Assembly (NCBI GenBank): GCA_038087875.1
Contig: CM075989.1
Span: forward strand, 7,380,001-7,444,000
Length of the DNA stretch: 64,000 bases
Direction: 5' to 3'
DNA from: Malacoraja senta
Lineage: Eukaryota
The notes beneath the pieces are model-generated. The model did no database searches and was not told the DNA's origin. It saw nothing but the letters and a program-made list of their open reading frames with translations. How positions within the stretch are numbered: the stretch's first letter is position 1; every line of letters starts with the position of its first letter. Shown here piece by piece: positions 1 to 12,706 of this stretch. A program made the translations under genes and the position numbers.

Positions 1-643
1 ATTGCTCTTCCCACAGATGCTATCTGACCCGTCTAGTTGCCGTATTTTGACTTTTATTTTGGATTGAGAGAAGCGGAGGTATTTTGCTCTGGGTGTTTCC
101 ATAATGCCTCTTAGTATTCCTTTCAGGGAAGCTCAACATGTTTTGCAGCCGGTGAAGTATCCTTGAAGTATTGCAGGAATTCTGCTCGCGTGCATCCAGA
201 GAATGCAACGCAGCTGGATGGAGATGAAGGTTGCGACTGTGATGGAACATTGATAGTATTGATCCACGCTGGCAACGCTCAAACCTTTCTTGTGCAATCC
301 ATCCTGAAGACAATCTGGGACTAAGTTCCTGGAAAAAAAAATAACTTTGAAATTGCTCGTGCAACTCTAAACACTAAAATTGACTTTAGTCTAGAGCAGT
401 CATTTGGAGTCTACAAAGTAAACAGCTAAGTCTTGGCAAAGACTCGCTCTTTGTCCTTTGTTTGTGTAGATTGGAGCATAGCCTTAATTCTTTCACTGTT
501 TCCCCCAAATGCCAGGAGATGTGAAGTTGGGAGCAGGCACATTGGGAGTTGGGTCAGGGAATTTGATTGCAGCTTTCTTTCCCGATGCCTATGTTGGCAT
601 ATAAAAGATCAGGGTATCTTATATGTTGGCATATAAAACATCA

Positions 644-940
644 CTGTGGCGCAGCGGTAGAGTTCCTGCCTTACAGCGCCAGGATCCGGGGTTCGATCCT
701 AACCTCGGGTGCTGTCTGTACGCAGTTTGTATGTTCTCCTAATGTCCGCGTAGGTTTTCTCCGGGTGCTCTGGCTTCCTCACACACTCCAAAGACATGTG
801 GGTTTGTAGGTGAATTGGCTTTGGTCAAATTGTAAATTGTCCCCAGTATGTAGGAGAGTGCTGGTGCACTGGGTGATCGCTGGTCAGTGTGGACACAGTG
901 GGCGTAAGCCAGTTTCCGCACTGTACCTCTTAAAGTTAAA
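644..940 (+). mobile_element. HE1-like tRNA-derived V-SINE
   Basis: A box tggcgcagcggt, B box ggttcgatcc, V-domain gtttgtatgttctcc...ccgggtgctc...ccaaagac, CR1-type tail. Confidence 0.85.
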
Positions 941-1444
941 ACTACTAAGTAAAAACCTAAAAATTCATCAGCATGGGGAGAGAGAAGATTGGCTAACGAA
1001 GCTGCTCTAATTACTTCTTTGTGTAGGAAGGAACGCAGATGCTGGTTTGCACCGACGATAGAGACAAAATGCTGGAGTTACTCAGTAGGTCGGGGAGTAT
1101 CTCCTGCTCTCTGGACCTGCTGAGTTACTCCAGCATTTTGTGTCTATCCAATTGTTTCATTCTTTGTTTAAAATTCCTGATTATATAGCAGAGTTCAAAT
1201 GTGTGCCATGTGTTGAAGTTGAAATGAATGACTTGTGACTGATGGGGCACTGGAGGGAACTTTCCCTTGAGGGAACCCAGTTTCTCCTCTTGTGTGGGGT
1301 GAAGATGGGATGATGGCTTTATCAGATGACCTTTCACATAGATGCAGGATGAGTGCCGCCTGTTGTATCGATGTCAGGAGTGCAAAAGTCTGACATCAAC
1401 TGGACCCAGAGACATAACAAATGATTGGGCCAACTTAATTTTCA

Positions 1445-1730
1445 GTTTAGCTTAGAGACACAGTGCGGAAACAAGCCTTTGGGCCACCGAGTCCGCACCA
1501 ACCAGCGATCCCCGCACATTAACACTATCCTACACGCACTGGGGACAATTTATACCAAGTCGATTAACCTGCAAACCTGTACGCCTTTGGACTGTAGGAG
1601 GAAACCGAAGATCTCAGAGAAAACCCACACGGTCACGGGGAGAACATACAAACTCTGTACTGACAGCACCCATAGTCGGGATCGAACCCGGGTCTCTGGT
1701 GCTGTAAGGCAGGAACTCTACTGCTGCCCA
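1445..1730 (-). mobile_element. HE1-like V-SINE
   Basis: Reverse complement of the same consensus. Confidence 0.85.
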
Positions 1731-2361
1731 AATTTAAGCAAAATTTAACTAAACTAAAAAAGTTCAATTATTAACTGAAATAAACGGAAAGTGAACAAAC
1801 TAAATTCAATAAATGTCCATTTCAGTAATGTGTCTACCTTTTACTGTGATAATCTGAGATTGAATGTTCCTCTCACCCCATCATTCTGCACCACTACACC
1901 GTGTTGACCTCATGGTGAGGGATGTGAATGCAACATTAAATAAATATACCAGAGATAAGGTAAACCTTAAGTAGTGCTCCAAATTTAAAACCAAGTCATG
2001 TGAAAGAGTTTGACACAAGTAAAGGGTAAATCTGTGACTAACAATGGATTTTTGTGTTCAAAAGGTTATCCACACACACACAATTGCTATTCTAGTACTC
2101 TGGGGACAGAAGGCAGATTCAGAGAACATGCACAGGAACGGGCCCTTCGACCCACAATGTGCGTGTCGAACATGATGCCAAGTTAAACTGATCTCAACTG
2201 CCTGTACATAATCCATATCCCTCTATTCCCTGCACTTCAATGTGTCAACCTAAAAGCCTCTTAAATGCCCACTATTGTATCTGCCTCCACCCCCTACCCC
2301 CTGGCAACGTGTTCCAGGCCCCCACTGCTATGTGTAAAATAAAAACTTGCCCTGCACATCT

Positions 2362-3218
2362 CCATTAAACAAAGGACAAAGGACAAAGACGTTTATTGTC
2401 ACATACACCAAATGGTGTAGTGAAATTTGTCTTGCCATGCAGCACAAATAGACACAACATTAAAGAAATTTAACATAAAACATAAAAACATCCCCCCACA
2501 ATGGTTCCCACTGTGGGGGAAGGCACAAAGTCCAGTCCCCATCCCATGTCCACCCATAGTCAGGCCTATTGAGGCCTCCACAGTCGCCTTCACGGAGGCC
2601 CGGTGTTCCAGGCCGTTCTCGGCGGGTGATGGTGCTCCGGCGTCGGGAGAATCCTCTCAGCGGCTTGGGACACCTGGAACGGCCGCCTCCTTACTCGAGA
2701 CCGCGGCTTCCGAAGCCAACAGGCCGCGCTGAGTGGAGCTCCACCACTGGCGATCTCGGCGAGAGATCCCAGGCTCCCGTTGTTAAAGTTCAGCGCCGCC
2801 GCCCGCAGACCCGCAGACGCGCAGCTCCGCGATGTTTCACCTGCGGGCTCAGCTCACCGGAGTTCCAGCGCGGCGACCCGGGCAAGGCATCGCCCGCTCC
2901 GCTCCGCGATAGCGCTCCAGCACTGTGCCGCCGCCGAAGCCGAGGTCCTGGCCTGTCCCCTCAGGAAACGCCGCTCCAGGCCCGCTGGTAGGCCGTGAGG
3001 ACGGGTCGAAGGTGCAGCCCGGAGAAAAGCTGCCTCTCCGACCAGGTAGGGACCCTAGAAAGTAGTTTCCCCCCCTCCCCCCCCCCCCCCCCCCCCACCC
3101 CCCACATAAAAAGGACTAGAACTCCTAAAAAAACAAACTAACTAACTAAAAATAAGAAAAAGATGAAAACGGACAGCTGCAGGCTGGGCAGCCATACCAC
3201 ACAGGACGGCGCCCCCTA
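2362..3218 (-). mobile_element. Unclassified GC-rich retroposon (body type A, Rex-like tail)
   Basis: Head, T-tract, G-tract, GC-rich body, hairpin, then aaatttcac...gtgacaataaa(gtccttt)n. Homologous to 48040-48815. Confidence 0.7.
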
Positions 3219-3433
3219 GGACAACTGTCCCCTCTCACCTAAAGAAACATAGAAACATAGAAAATAGGTGCAGGAGTAGGCCATTCGGCCCTTTGTGCCA
3301 GCACCGCCATTCAATATGATCATAGCTGATCATCCAAAATCAGTACCCCGTTCCTGCCTTCTCTCCATATCCCTTGATTCCGTTAGCCCCGTTATAGCCA
3401 TGTCTTCTAGTGTTGGACTATCTACCCTATCTG

Positions 3434-4218
3434 ATGTGGTGTGGCGGCGCCTATCGGCAGCGGCTCAACTACAGTCCATCTGTCTTTTTTAAATTTTTGT
3501 CTCATTAAATGTATGTCTTGACTCTAGTTTTCATTATTTTTCTTTAGCTGGTGTATATGTGTGGGGGAGGGGGGGGGAACCATTAATCTCTTCCGTCGGG
3601 TCTCCGGTGTCGTTGGGCCTAACATCGTGGAGCCGGCGGCGGTCTCCAGCCAGGACCAACCTGAGGGCTCCAGTCGCGGAGCCTGCGGACTCGCCGTCGC
3701 GGAACTGGCCGTCTCCAGAACGGGAAGAGCTGTGGTGGCGCGCGGCTGCGACCCGACTTCGGAGCTTCTTAGGCTCCGGCTGCAGACCTGGTGGATGGTA
3801 ACATCGGGAGCTTGCAGGTCCCTGGTGGGAGACCGCTTTTCGTAGCTCCCGCAATGGCAACTTCTCCTGCCGGAATCGCGGGGGTTTAAAGGACTCGGAA
3901 CGGAGCCTAACATCGCCCGGCGCGGCTTAACGGCCGCGGGACTTACCACCGCCCGCCGGGGGCTTTAACATCGGGAGCCCCAGTCGCCTCAACGCTGCAG
4001 TTGGACTGGCTGGACCGTGGGAGAAGAACAAAGGGAAGAGATAAGACCTTGCCTTCCATCACAGTGAGGAGATGTTGGAGATTCACTGTGATGGATGTTT
4101 GTGTAAATTGTGTTAAGTGTGGGGTCTTGGTTTTATTTGTAATGTAAGACTGTAGAAAATGCAATTTCGTTCAAACCAAGCTGTTTGAATGACAATAAAA
4201 GGCATTCTATTCTATCTA
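3434..4218 (+). mobile_element. Unclassified GC-rich retroposon (body type B, Rex-like tail)
   Basis: Homologous to 48828-49672; 13-bp stem tccatcacagtga / tcactgtgatgga; tail aatttcgtt...tgacaataaa. Confidence 0.7.
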
Positions 4219-4389
4219 TGGCTCTCATAATAATATCGTCTCCCCTCAACCTCCATTCTGGAGAAAACCACGCAGGTCTATACAACACCTCTCCCAGTAG
4301 CTGAAACACTCTAATCCAGGCAGCATTCTGGCAAACCTCCTCTACACTCTCTCCAAAGCCTCCACATCTTTCCTGCAATTTACCAAATA

Positions 4390-4732
4390 ATGAAAGGTCT
4401 GGATAGAGTGAATGTGGAGAGGATGTTTCCACTAGTGGGAGTCTCATAATAAATGGACGTACACTTAGAATGGAGATGAGGAGGAATTTCTGTAGCAAGA
4501 GGGGGGGGTGAATCTGTGGAATTAATTATCAGAGACGTCTGTGGAGGCCGTCATTGGGTATTTTTAAAGGGGAGATTGTTAGTTTGTTGATTGGTAAGGA
4601 CGGGGAGTCCTTACTAAATGGGGAGAAGGCAGGGGAATGGGGTTGAGAGGGAAAGATAGATCTGCCATGATCGAATGGTGGAGTCAACTTGATGGGCCGA
4701 TTGGCCTCATTCTGCTCCTATGTCATATGAAC
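4390..4732 (+). mobile_element. CR1 LINE 3' end
   Basis: gaatgtggagaggatgtttccactagtggg...atgggccgattggcctcattctgctcc, shared with other copies. Confidence 0.72.
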
Positions 4733-4789
4733 TGATGTACTGGGGGCCACCATGGATTCACACTGGATTCATTAAGGGAGAACCAAGTA

Positions 4790-5532
4790 ATAGGACAATG
4801 AAATTCTTGCTTTGCTTTAGCACACCAGTACATAGTAGGCACGAATACTGAACAGATCAATGTGTCCATGTACCATTGCATAAATATATACACACACATG
4901 AAAAATTAAACTGATAAAGTGCAAACAAACAGATTATTGGCTATTAATGTTCAGAGTTTTGTCCGAGCCGAGTTTAATAGCCTGATGGCTGTGGGGAAGT
5001 AGATATTCCTGAACCTGGTCGTTGCAGTCTTCAGGCTCCTGTACCTTCTACCTGAAGGTAGCGGGGAGATGAGTGTGTGGCCAGGATGGTGTGGGTCCTT
5101 GATGATACTGCCTGCCTTTTTGAGGCAGCGACTGTGATAGATCCCCTCGATGGTAGGGAGGTCAGAGCCGATGATGGACTGGGCAGTGTTTACTACTTTT
5201 TGTAGTCTTTTCTGCTCCAGGGCGCTCAAGTTTCCGAACCAAGCCACGATGCAACCAGTCAGCATGCTCTCCACTGTGCACCTGCAGAAGTTAGAGAGAG
5301 TCCTCCTTGACATACCAACTCTCCGTAATCTTCTCAGGAAGGAGAGGCGCTGATGTGCTTGCTTTATGATTGCATCAGTGTTCTCGGACCAGGAAAGATC
5401 TTCAGAGATACGCACGCCCAGGAATTTGAAGCTCTTGACCCTTTCCACCATCGACCCGTTGATATAAACGGGACTGTGGGTCCCCATCCTCCCCCTTCCA
5501 AAGTCCACAATAGCTCCTTGGTTTTGCTGGTA
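4790..5532 (-). mobile_element. Rex1/Babar-clade LINE 3' fragment
   Basis: ORF 4951-5508: FKFLGVRISEDLSWS...QRLSFLRRLR...HPGHTLISPLPSGRRYRS...FPTAIRLLN. Confidence 0.88.
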
Positions 5533-5774
5533 TTCCTGGTTTCCTTGGTAATGACCTGTTGCTTCAGTTTGCTTGGGATTAGATGTTGGGGTTCCCCTGC
5601 CAGGTTGAGTCAGGGTTTGGTTTGTAGATAATGGTGCAGATGATGCTGCCAGGACTTGCCTATAAACACTTTCTTTTGTGAGTCACAAAGGAGTCTGCAG
5701 AGCCACAAGGCTGCATGAGTCACCCAACTACTGGAGGAGATGGGGAGGATCATTGCAGCGGGCAGGGCTGGCCT

Positions 5775-6760
5775 ACCAGCTGCTATGAATACTGATTACT
5801 CTAACTTCAAGTAACCTCTGCATTCCCTCTCTCTCCATCCCTCCCCCACGCAACTCGCACCAGCTTCTCGTTATCACGTCATAAGGTCATAAGTGATAGG
5901 AGTAGAATTTGGCCATTCGGCCCATCAAGTCCATTCCGCCATTCAATCGTGGCTGATCTATCTCTCCCTCCTAATCCCATTCTCCTGCCTTTCCCCCGTA
6001 ACCTCTGAAAGCTGTACTAATCAAAAATCTCGATATCTCTGCCTTAAAAATATCCACTGACTTGCTACAGCCTTTTGTGGCAAGGAATTCCACAGATTCA
6101 CCACCCTCTGACTAAAGAAATGTCTCCTCATCTGCTTCCTAAAAGAACATCCTTTAATTCTGAGGCTATGACCTCTAGTCCTAGACTCTCCCACTAGCTC
6201 TGGAAACAACCTCTCCACATCCACTCTATCCAAGCCTTTCACTATTCTGTATGTTTCAATGAGGTCCACCCTCATTCTTCTAAACTCCAGCGAGTACAGA
6301 CCCAGTGCCGACAAACGCTCATTTGTAGGTTAACCCACTCATTCCTGGGATCATCCTTGTAAACCTCCTCTGGACCCTCTCCAGAGCCAGCACATCCATG
6401 CTCAGATATGGGGCCCAGAATTGCTATCAATATTCCAAATGTGGCCTGACCAGTGCCTGATAGGGCCTCAGCATTACATCCCTGTTTTTCATACTCAAGC
6501 CCTCTTGAAATAAATGCTAGCATTGAGTTTGGTTCCTTTACTACCGATTACACCGAGCAAGCAGCTAACAATGGCCTGTTTCCTTTATCATTACTTTGTT
6601 ACATATTTTTCGTTCATTTGTTCTATATCTCTCTACATTACCGTCTATATCTCTCATTCCCCTTTCCCTTGGGCCTTGACCCGTAACGTTACCCGTTCCT
6701 TCTCTCCAGAGTTGCTGCCTGTTACTCCAGTGTGAGTTACTCCATCATCTTGTGTCTACT
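5775..6760 (+). mobile_element. PLE 3' remnant split by the CR1 insertion
   Basis: atgaatactgattactctaacttcaagtaa (MNTDYSNFK*) resembles the PLE ORF end; resumes at about 6552 and runs to the gagttactcc...gtgtcta terminus. Confidence 0.6.
5878..6550 (-). mobile_element. CR1 LINE 3' fragment inserted in a PLE remnant
   Basis: LGLYSLEFRRMRVDLIETY...SRTRGHSL...FFSQRVVNLWNSLP. Confidence 0.85.
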
Positions 6761-6911
6761 CCAAGCTGTACTGCTCAATTTTCTCCCAAAGTTCCAAAAC
6801 ATTTAATTCAAAACTTCCTGCTCTATTTTCAATATTTGATTTTTAATCCTTTGTGAAATTGTTATAAAAAAAACTTCTGTGCCTTGTCTTCCTGCATATG
6901 GGTGCATCGGT

Positions 6912-7437
6912 TTAGTTTAATTTTGTTTTTTGCCACGTGTACCGAGGTACAGTGAAAAACCTTTTGTTGCGTGCTATCCAGTCCCGAGAAAGACTATGCA
7001 TGATTACAACCGAGCTGTCCACAGTGTACAGATACATGATAAAGGGAATAACGTTTAGTGCAAGATAAAGTCTGGTTAAAGATGGTCCGAAGGTTTTTAA
7101 TGATGTAGATGGTAGCTCAGGACCACTCTGTAGTTGTTGGTCGGATGATTCAGTTGCCTGATAACAGCTGTGAAAATGCTCTGAATCTGGAGGCACATCT
7201 TTTCACACTTCTGTACCTCTTGCTTGATGGGAGAGGGGAGAAGAGCGAGTGACTGGGGTGCGACTTGTCCTTGATTATGCTGGTGGCCTTGCCGAGGCAG
7301 CGTGAAGTATGGGATGGAGTGAATAAAAGGGAGGTTGGTTTGTGTGATGGTCTGGGCTGCATTCAAAATTCTCTGCAATTTCTTGTGGTCTTGGATGAAG
7401 CTGTTCCCAAACCATGCTGCGATGCATCCTGATAAAG
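6912..7437 (-). mobile_element. Rex1/Babar LINE 3' fragment with tail
   Basis: LSGCIAAWFGN...HPSHSLFSPLPSSKRYRS; tail cactgtacctcggtacacgtggcaaaaaac on the minus strand. Confidence 0.82.
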
Positions 7438-7446
7438 TATAAGGTG

Positions 7447-7465
7447 TATATATATATATATATAT
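7447..7465. repeat. (TA)n microsatellite
   Basis: Direct dinucleotide run. Confidence 0.85.
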
Positions 7466-8039
7466 GACTGCTGGTCTTTTGGGCAATTGGGCAGGGAGGT
7501 GGTCAGTGAGGGAGGTTTTTAATCCACCCTGTGTGTAAAAAACGCGTTTCTGATGTGATCGTGGCATTCGTAATAGGAACTTGGTGATGTTGGAGAGATT
7601 TTGTTTTTATGTTTGTGTTAAAGATTTAGTAGGATTACACTGAGTGACAAAGTTGGGTTGAGATCAACCTCCCAGATTGCTGCAGTGGAAATGTCCACAC
7701 AGCTGGCCTATATTGTGTTGAAAAATCGCTGTAATTAAGTAACACCCTATCATGATCTTGATTAAGGTTTGGTTGAAGTTCGGGGACATCTGTGGAACAG
7801 CTGCATCTTACAGTACTGTTCCGGATACAGTGCCAGTTTCGTTGCTCTTCCAACCCATCTTTAGGCAAGGGGAATGGAGGGCCTATTGCTGGCGATTCAG
7901 CTTTTGGTGGTCTTTCCATTGGAGGTATCATTAATTTGTCGCACGTAGAAAGTATGGAAACAAGCTCATCAAGTCCGTGCCAACCATCCACCTCCTATTT
8001 GCCATGAACCTGTATTAATCCTTTCGTTATTATCCCCGC

Positions 8040-8262
8040 ATTCGCATCGATTCCTCCCCAGGTTCTACCCCACACGTCCACAATTGGGCGAAATTTCTTA
8101 CCAACCCGCACATCTTTCAGATGAAACCCGAGCACCCACGGGAACCCATGCTGTCACAGGGAGAACCTGCAAACTCCACGCAGACAGCACCGGAGGTCAG
8201 GATTGAACCTGGTTGCTGGAGCTCTGAGATAATGGAGTTATAAGTGGCACCAGTGTGCCACC
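8040..8262 (-). mobile_element. HE1-like V-SINE, older
   Basis: V-domain gggagaacctgcaaactccacgcagacagcac. Confidence 0.72.
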
Positions 8263-9298
8263 CTAGATTGAATCTTCGGATCTACGTGCCTTAACACAAC
8301 AGCTGGGCAAACCCCCACCCCATGGCATCAATAAAACCCTTGAGAGACTTCCATAATAATTGTCTCCCATTTAAATTAATGATCCAGTCGTGAGGTAACT
8401 ACAATGCAGTGTGCTTACGTTGATCATTTGACTCTGCAACGCTACTGCTTTCAGTTAGCTTTTCTAAGTAACCTTGCCCGCCCACAATGAATGTTGGTAA
8501 GAAGTTTTGAACTGCCCTCAAGGTTGGCCACAATGGCCAGGTGATGCCCAGTACTGGACATACACGAGACCAAGCAGCATCGACGAGGGGAAACGGGTTA
8601 AATCCCAGGCCGATGACCTTTCAACTAAATGAATGACCGGAAATGTTAACTCTCTTTCTCTCCAAGTGTGTTTCCAACACTTTGCAGATGGTATGCAATT
8701 AGAAATAAAATAAAAGATTGCATTTGAATTGCATTTCAATTCTTTTAATAGCAAGAGTAATAGAAATTACTCTTGCTATTGAATGCACAAATCTCCACAG
8801 AATATGTGACAGAGGAGATAAAAGGCTACATTATGTTGGAGAGTCCACAAGCAGTATATCTTTACCATTTATTTTTTCTCTCTGAGGTTTCATAGATCTG
8901 TTCTCCCTGTGAGCTGATTGATCATTTCTCAAGCCATATAAAATAATTTCAGTTCCCCCAGTGTATACCAAGTATTTCTCGCTCACCAAAAAATATAGCT
9001 ACCCTGTCACTCATTCATTTGCAGCTTGCGAAATCTCGCAAATGGTCGGCCAAGTTTGCCGACAAAACAAAGCAATTGATCAAGAAACACAAAGTACTAG
9101 AGGAGCGTTCGTTCGCTGCATGTCTGGCAGCATTTGTGACGAGAATGGACAGGCGATGTTTCGGGCTGGGGTCCACATAAGGTTATGTTTTTGCAAATTG
9201 ATGAGGCAGTAGCCAAACGTGAGTTTTGGTGCTTGGCATGGATGAAGGAACCAGTGAAACTGATACCGGTCTTGTGTGCACCTTTTGTTTTCCTTCAG

Positions 9299-9482
9299 CT
9301 TCGATCCCTCGGGAGACGTTAATGCATTTCACAGCAAGACTGGGTCTGTCCCGGCTGGCCTCGTTCCTGCTGCAGCAGCCAGGTGGACAGGAAGCGCTTG
9401 GTATTCCCAACCTGGATGGCGCCACGCCCATCAATCTCGCAGCTCAGAGGGGCTTCCGTGGTCTGGAGCAGCTTTTTGCACA
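9299..9482 (+). CDS. AKAP13: Internal coding exon A (184 nt, phase 1 to 2) of an AKAP13-like Lbc-family RhoGEF; ankyrin-like N-terminal region (paralog ARHGEF18 possible)
   Basis: Encodes SIPRETLMHFTARLGLSRLASFLLQQPGGQEALGIPNLDGATPINLAAQRGFRGLEQLFA, resembling the recalled AKAP13 segment RETLMHFAVRLGLLRLTWFLLQKPGG...GATPVSLA. Polypyrimidine tract + AG at 9297-9298; donor GTAAGT at 9483. Confidence 0.85.
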
Positions 9483-10887
9483 GTAAGTGTGGAATTGCTT
9501 GCTGATGGAAACGGTTGGACAAAGAGTGTTGTGTGCTTTCTCCCCCCCAGACAACAAACAGTTGCAAAGGCTGTTTGTTATAAATTGATACCAATTAATG
9601 TCACCAGCACTCAGATTTTGCACAAACCTGCTTAGTGAGTTGAGTAAAAGAACTTTATTATTCCACCGTCGTCATTGTGTCTAATAACCTTTTACCCGTT
9701 CAATTCTAGGCAATGCATTAATTATAGTTTCACATTTTTGTTCGTGGAAGGGTGCATATGCTTTCTATTGAAGACTGTTATTAGGGTGAGCAGGGTTGGT
9801 GAGCAGGGTTGGTGTCAAGCTACAGGTACAGGGAATAAACAGAAAGGTAATGAGATATTTTGGAATGGGGAGGTTAGAGCCATGTGATGTGAAGTGTGAA
9901 ACAGATATTGGGTTTCAGCTTGGAAGGGAGCATTGCATGTGGAGGATCCATGCTCTACAGGAGGCAGAGAGTCGGCCCCGAGGAGAGACTGGAGTCACAA
10001 GTGCAGCACTGGAGGTTGTCTTAGCAGTTAAACACCTTCCAGATGACAGAGGTATTGATTAGGTCGCAAAGGAAGGGTTGGCAGTCAGAGCCTTGTTCTC
10101 CGGGAGGACATGTTAAAAAGTAAAGGAGCTTTAAGGTAAGAGGGGCAACATTTAAAGGAGATGTGTGGGGCAGGTTTATTTTACACAGAGGTTAGAAAGC
10201 GCTGCCATGGGTGGTGGTTGAGACAGACAGTGCATTTAAAGAGGCTTTTCGATAGGCACGTGAATATGCAGGGAATGGAGAGATATGGCTCATGTGCAGG
10301 CAGATGAGATTAGTTTAACCCAGCATCATGTTTGGCACAGATATTGTGGGCAGAAGGGCAGGTCCCTTCTCCTTTCGTGTCCATCTTCCATGTTTCAAAT
10401 GTTGACCTCGCTGTCATCGTCCGTCCTGAAAAGGACGCAAGCTTCCGGTGACAATCAGTGGAAGCCATCGCTTGTTGCAATAGATGATGGTGGTAGCAGA
10501 ATGAGCTCGGAATACTTCCAGTTGCCAGCCCCGCGACGTGGACGCTTCTTCAGACTGAAGAAGGGTTTCGACCCGAAATGTCACCCATTCCTTCTCTCCA
10601 GAGATGCTGCCTGTCCCGCTGAGTTACTCCAGCTTTTTGTGTCTATCATCTTGTCCTATATCCATCATCGGTGGCTGTGCTTTCAGCTGCTATTGACCTA
10701 CGCTCAGAAATTCTCCCATTTAAACCTCGCTGCCCCTTGTTGCTCCTTTGAACTACCGTTTCACACAAACGTTATCACCTCTACTGAAAAAACTCATTTC
10801 TTTGGAGTCGATATCTGTTTGCTTGCAATGAGGTTAGCTTGGGGAAAGCTGTGTAGCATTTGTGGTGCTTTTTAAAATATTGTTTAA

Positions 10888-11171
10888 AGGGCCTGTCCCA
10901 ATGTACGAGGTAATTCAAGAACTCTCCCGAGATTCCCCTGATTCGAACTCGGAGAATTACGATAATAGCCGTTCGTAGGTACTCGGGGCTCTCATGGACA
11001 TTTTTCACACTGTTGAAAAAACTTCACGAGTTTCCGCGTTTCCCGAGTACCTGCCGTTAGCATTACGAGCCGCTATGAAACATCCACGAGCTCCGACGTA
11101 GCCGCTACGTACATTCTACTTTTTAAACTCGGGAGAGCTGTTGAATTACCTCGTACAGTGGGACAGGCCCT
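10888..11171. mobile_element. PIF/Harbinger-type MITE
   Basis: About 44 bp TIRs (agggcctgtcccaatgtacgaggtaattcaa / ttgaattacctcgtacagtgggacaggccct) flanked by TAA at 10885-10887 and 11172-11174; non-coding. Confidence 0.85.
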
Positions 11172-11264
11172 TAAGGAATCAAAATGCTTGGAGTCATTGA
11201 GGAAGTGGTTGACTACAGGAACAATAGATTTATAATTCCTGTATGGAGGCTTGGGAAAGGGTGG

Positions 11265-11740
11265 ACCAGAGGTTTAGCAGAATGCTGACAGCATGAAAGG
11301 GCATTAGTTATAAGGAGAAGGTGGACAAACTGGGGTTGTTTTCTCTGAAGTGTGGGAGGCTGAGCGAAACCTGATAGAAGTATATAAAATTAGGCATATA
11401 TGTGGTAGACAGTGGCAACCTTTTTCCCAGCTTGGAAATGTCAAAGACAAGAGGGCATTGCTTTAAGGAGAGATGGGCAAAGTTTAAAGGAGATGTGCTG
11501 GGCAGGTTTGATATGCAGAGAGTTGTGGGTGTCTGGAGCGTGCTGATGGGGATGGTAGTGGAGGCAAATCTAATTGTGGCATTTAAGATTCCTTTAGAAA
11601 GGCACATGGATCTGCTGGGAATGATGGGATATGAATCATGTTCACACAGAAGAGATTAGTTAATCCCAGCATCATGTTCAGCATAGACAATGGACTGAAG
11701 AACCTGTTCCTATGCTGTACTATTCTAGAGCCGTTCTATG
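11265..11740 (+). mobile_element. Degenerate CR1 LINE 3' fragment
   Basis: KTRGHCFK...QRVVGVW; tail similar to other CR1 copies. Confidence 0.75.
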
Positions 11741-11949
11741 ACTGATGTGTATAAATTAAAATGTTGATCAGACTGACTAACGCTTTGTACTTTGTTACTA
11801 ATATTAGCAATGTTGGAATTCTATGTAAAGACAGTAAATGAATCTGCAAGATGAACATAAATCCTTCTCCAAAGAACTTCTCCAGATAGATTTTAACAAA
11901 AACAAAATAGTCGGGTCATTTAGTGTAAACAAAATAGTCAGGTCATTTT

Positions 11950-12706
11950 CAAAATAGTCCTCCGTCATTTTCGCCACCTCCAACGTGACCCCACCACTCG
12001 CCACATCTTCCCATCTCCCCCCTGTCTGCTTTCCGCAAAGACCGCTCCCTCCGTAACTCTCTGGTCAATTCTTCCCTTCCCTCCCGCACCACCCCCTCCC
12101 AGGACACTTTCCTTTGCAACCGCAAGAGATGCTACACTTGTCCCTTTACCTCCCCCCCTCGACTCCATTCAAGGACCCAAGCAGTCGTTCCAGGTGCGAC
12201 AGAGGTTCACCTGCATCTCCTCCATCCTCATCTATTGCATCCGCTGCTCTAGATGTCAGCTGATCTACATCGGTGAGACCAAGCGTAGGCTTGGCGATTG
12301 TTTCGCCGAACACCTCCGCTCGGTCCGCATTAACCAACCTGATCTCCCGGTGGCTCAGCATTTCAACTCCCCCTCCCATTCCGAATCCAACCTTTCTGTC
12401 CTGGGCCTCCTCCATGGCCAGAGTGAGCACCACCTTGAAATTGGAGGAGCAGCACCTCATATTCCGCTTGGGCAGTTTGCAGCCTAGCGGCATAAACATT
12501 GACTTCTCCAATTTCCGGTAGCCCTTGCTGTCTCTTTCCCTTCTCAGCTCTCCCTCAGCCCTTGGGCTCCTCCTCTTCCTTTCTCCTTTCTTCTCCCCCC
12601 CCACCCCACATCAGTCTGAAGAAGGGTTTCGGCCCGAAACGTTGCCTATTTCCTTCGCTCCATAGATGCTGCTGCACCCGTTGAGTTTCTCCAGCACTTT
12701 TGTCTA
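11950..12706 (+). mobile_element. Penelope-like element 3' part: GIY-YIG endonuclease plus terminal repeat
   Basis: LIYCIRCSRCQLIYIGETKRRLGDCFAEHLRSV...VAQHFN...EEQHLIFRLGSLQPSGINIDFSNFR* with one frameshift; followed by the hammerhead-type motif. Flanks agtcaggtcattt / agtcaggtaattt. Confidence 0.9.
12614..12646 (+). ncRNA. Minimal hammerhead ribozyme motif in the PLE terminal repeat
   Basis: CTGAAGA-A-GGGT(TTCG)GCCC-GAAAC-GTT: CUGANGA and GAAA boxes around stem II. Confidence 0.65.

Noticed and set aside
20..364. 114-aa minus-strand ORF, or an upstream exon of the host gene
   Set aside because: No similarity to the expected preceding exon or to any domain I recognise.
644..720. tRNA gene at the heads of the ggcgcagcggtag...ggttcgatcc repeats
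   Set aside because: These are tRNA-derived SINE heads followed by the V-domain and a LINE tail; no complete cloverleaf or terminator.
4051..4097. Resemblance of cagtgagga to viral IRES domains, or of element heads to HDV-like ribozymes
   Set aside because: Only a few matching bases; I could not build the required nested pseudoknot consistently across copies.
2427..4164. Multiple overlapping 70-140 aa ORFs (also at 48058-49566)
   Set aside because: Stop-poor GC-rich repeat bodies; frames are not conserved between homologous copies.
10285..10875. 196-aa ORF
   Set aside because: Runs through a CR1 tail and a PLE-terminus repeat; chance read-through.
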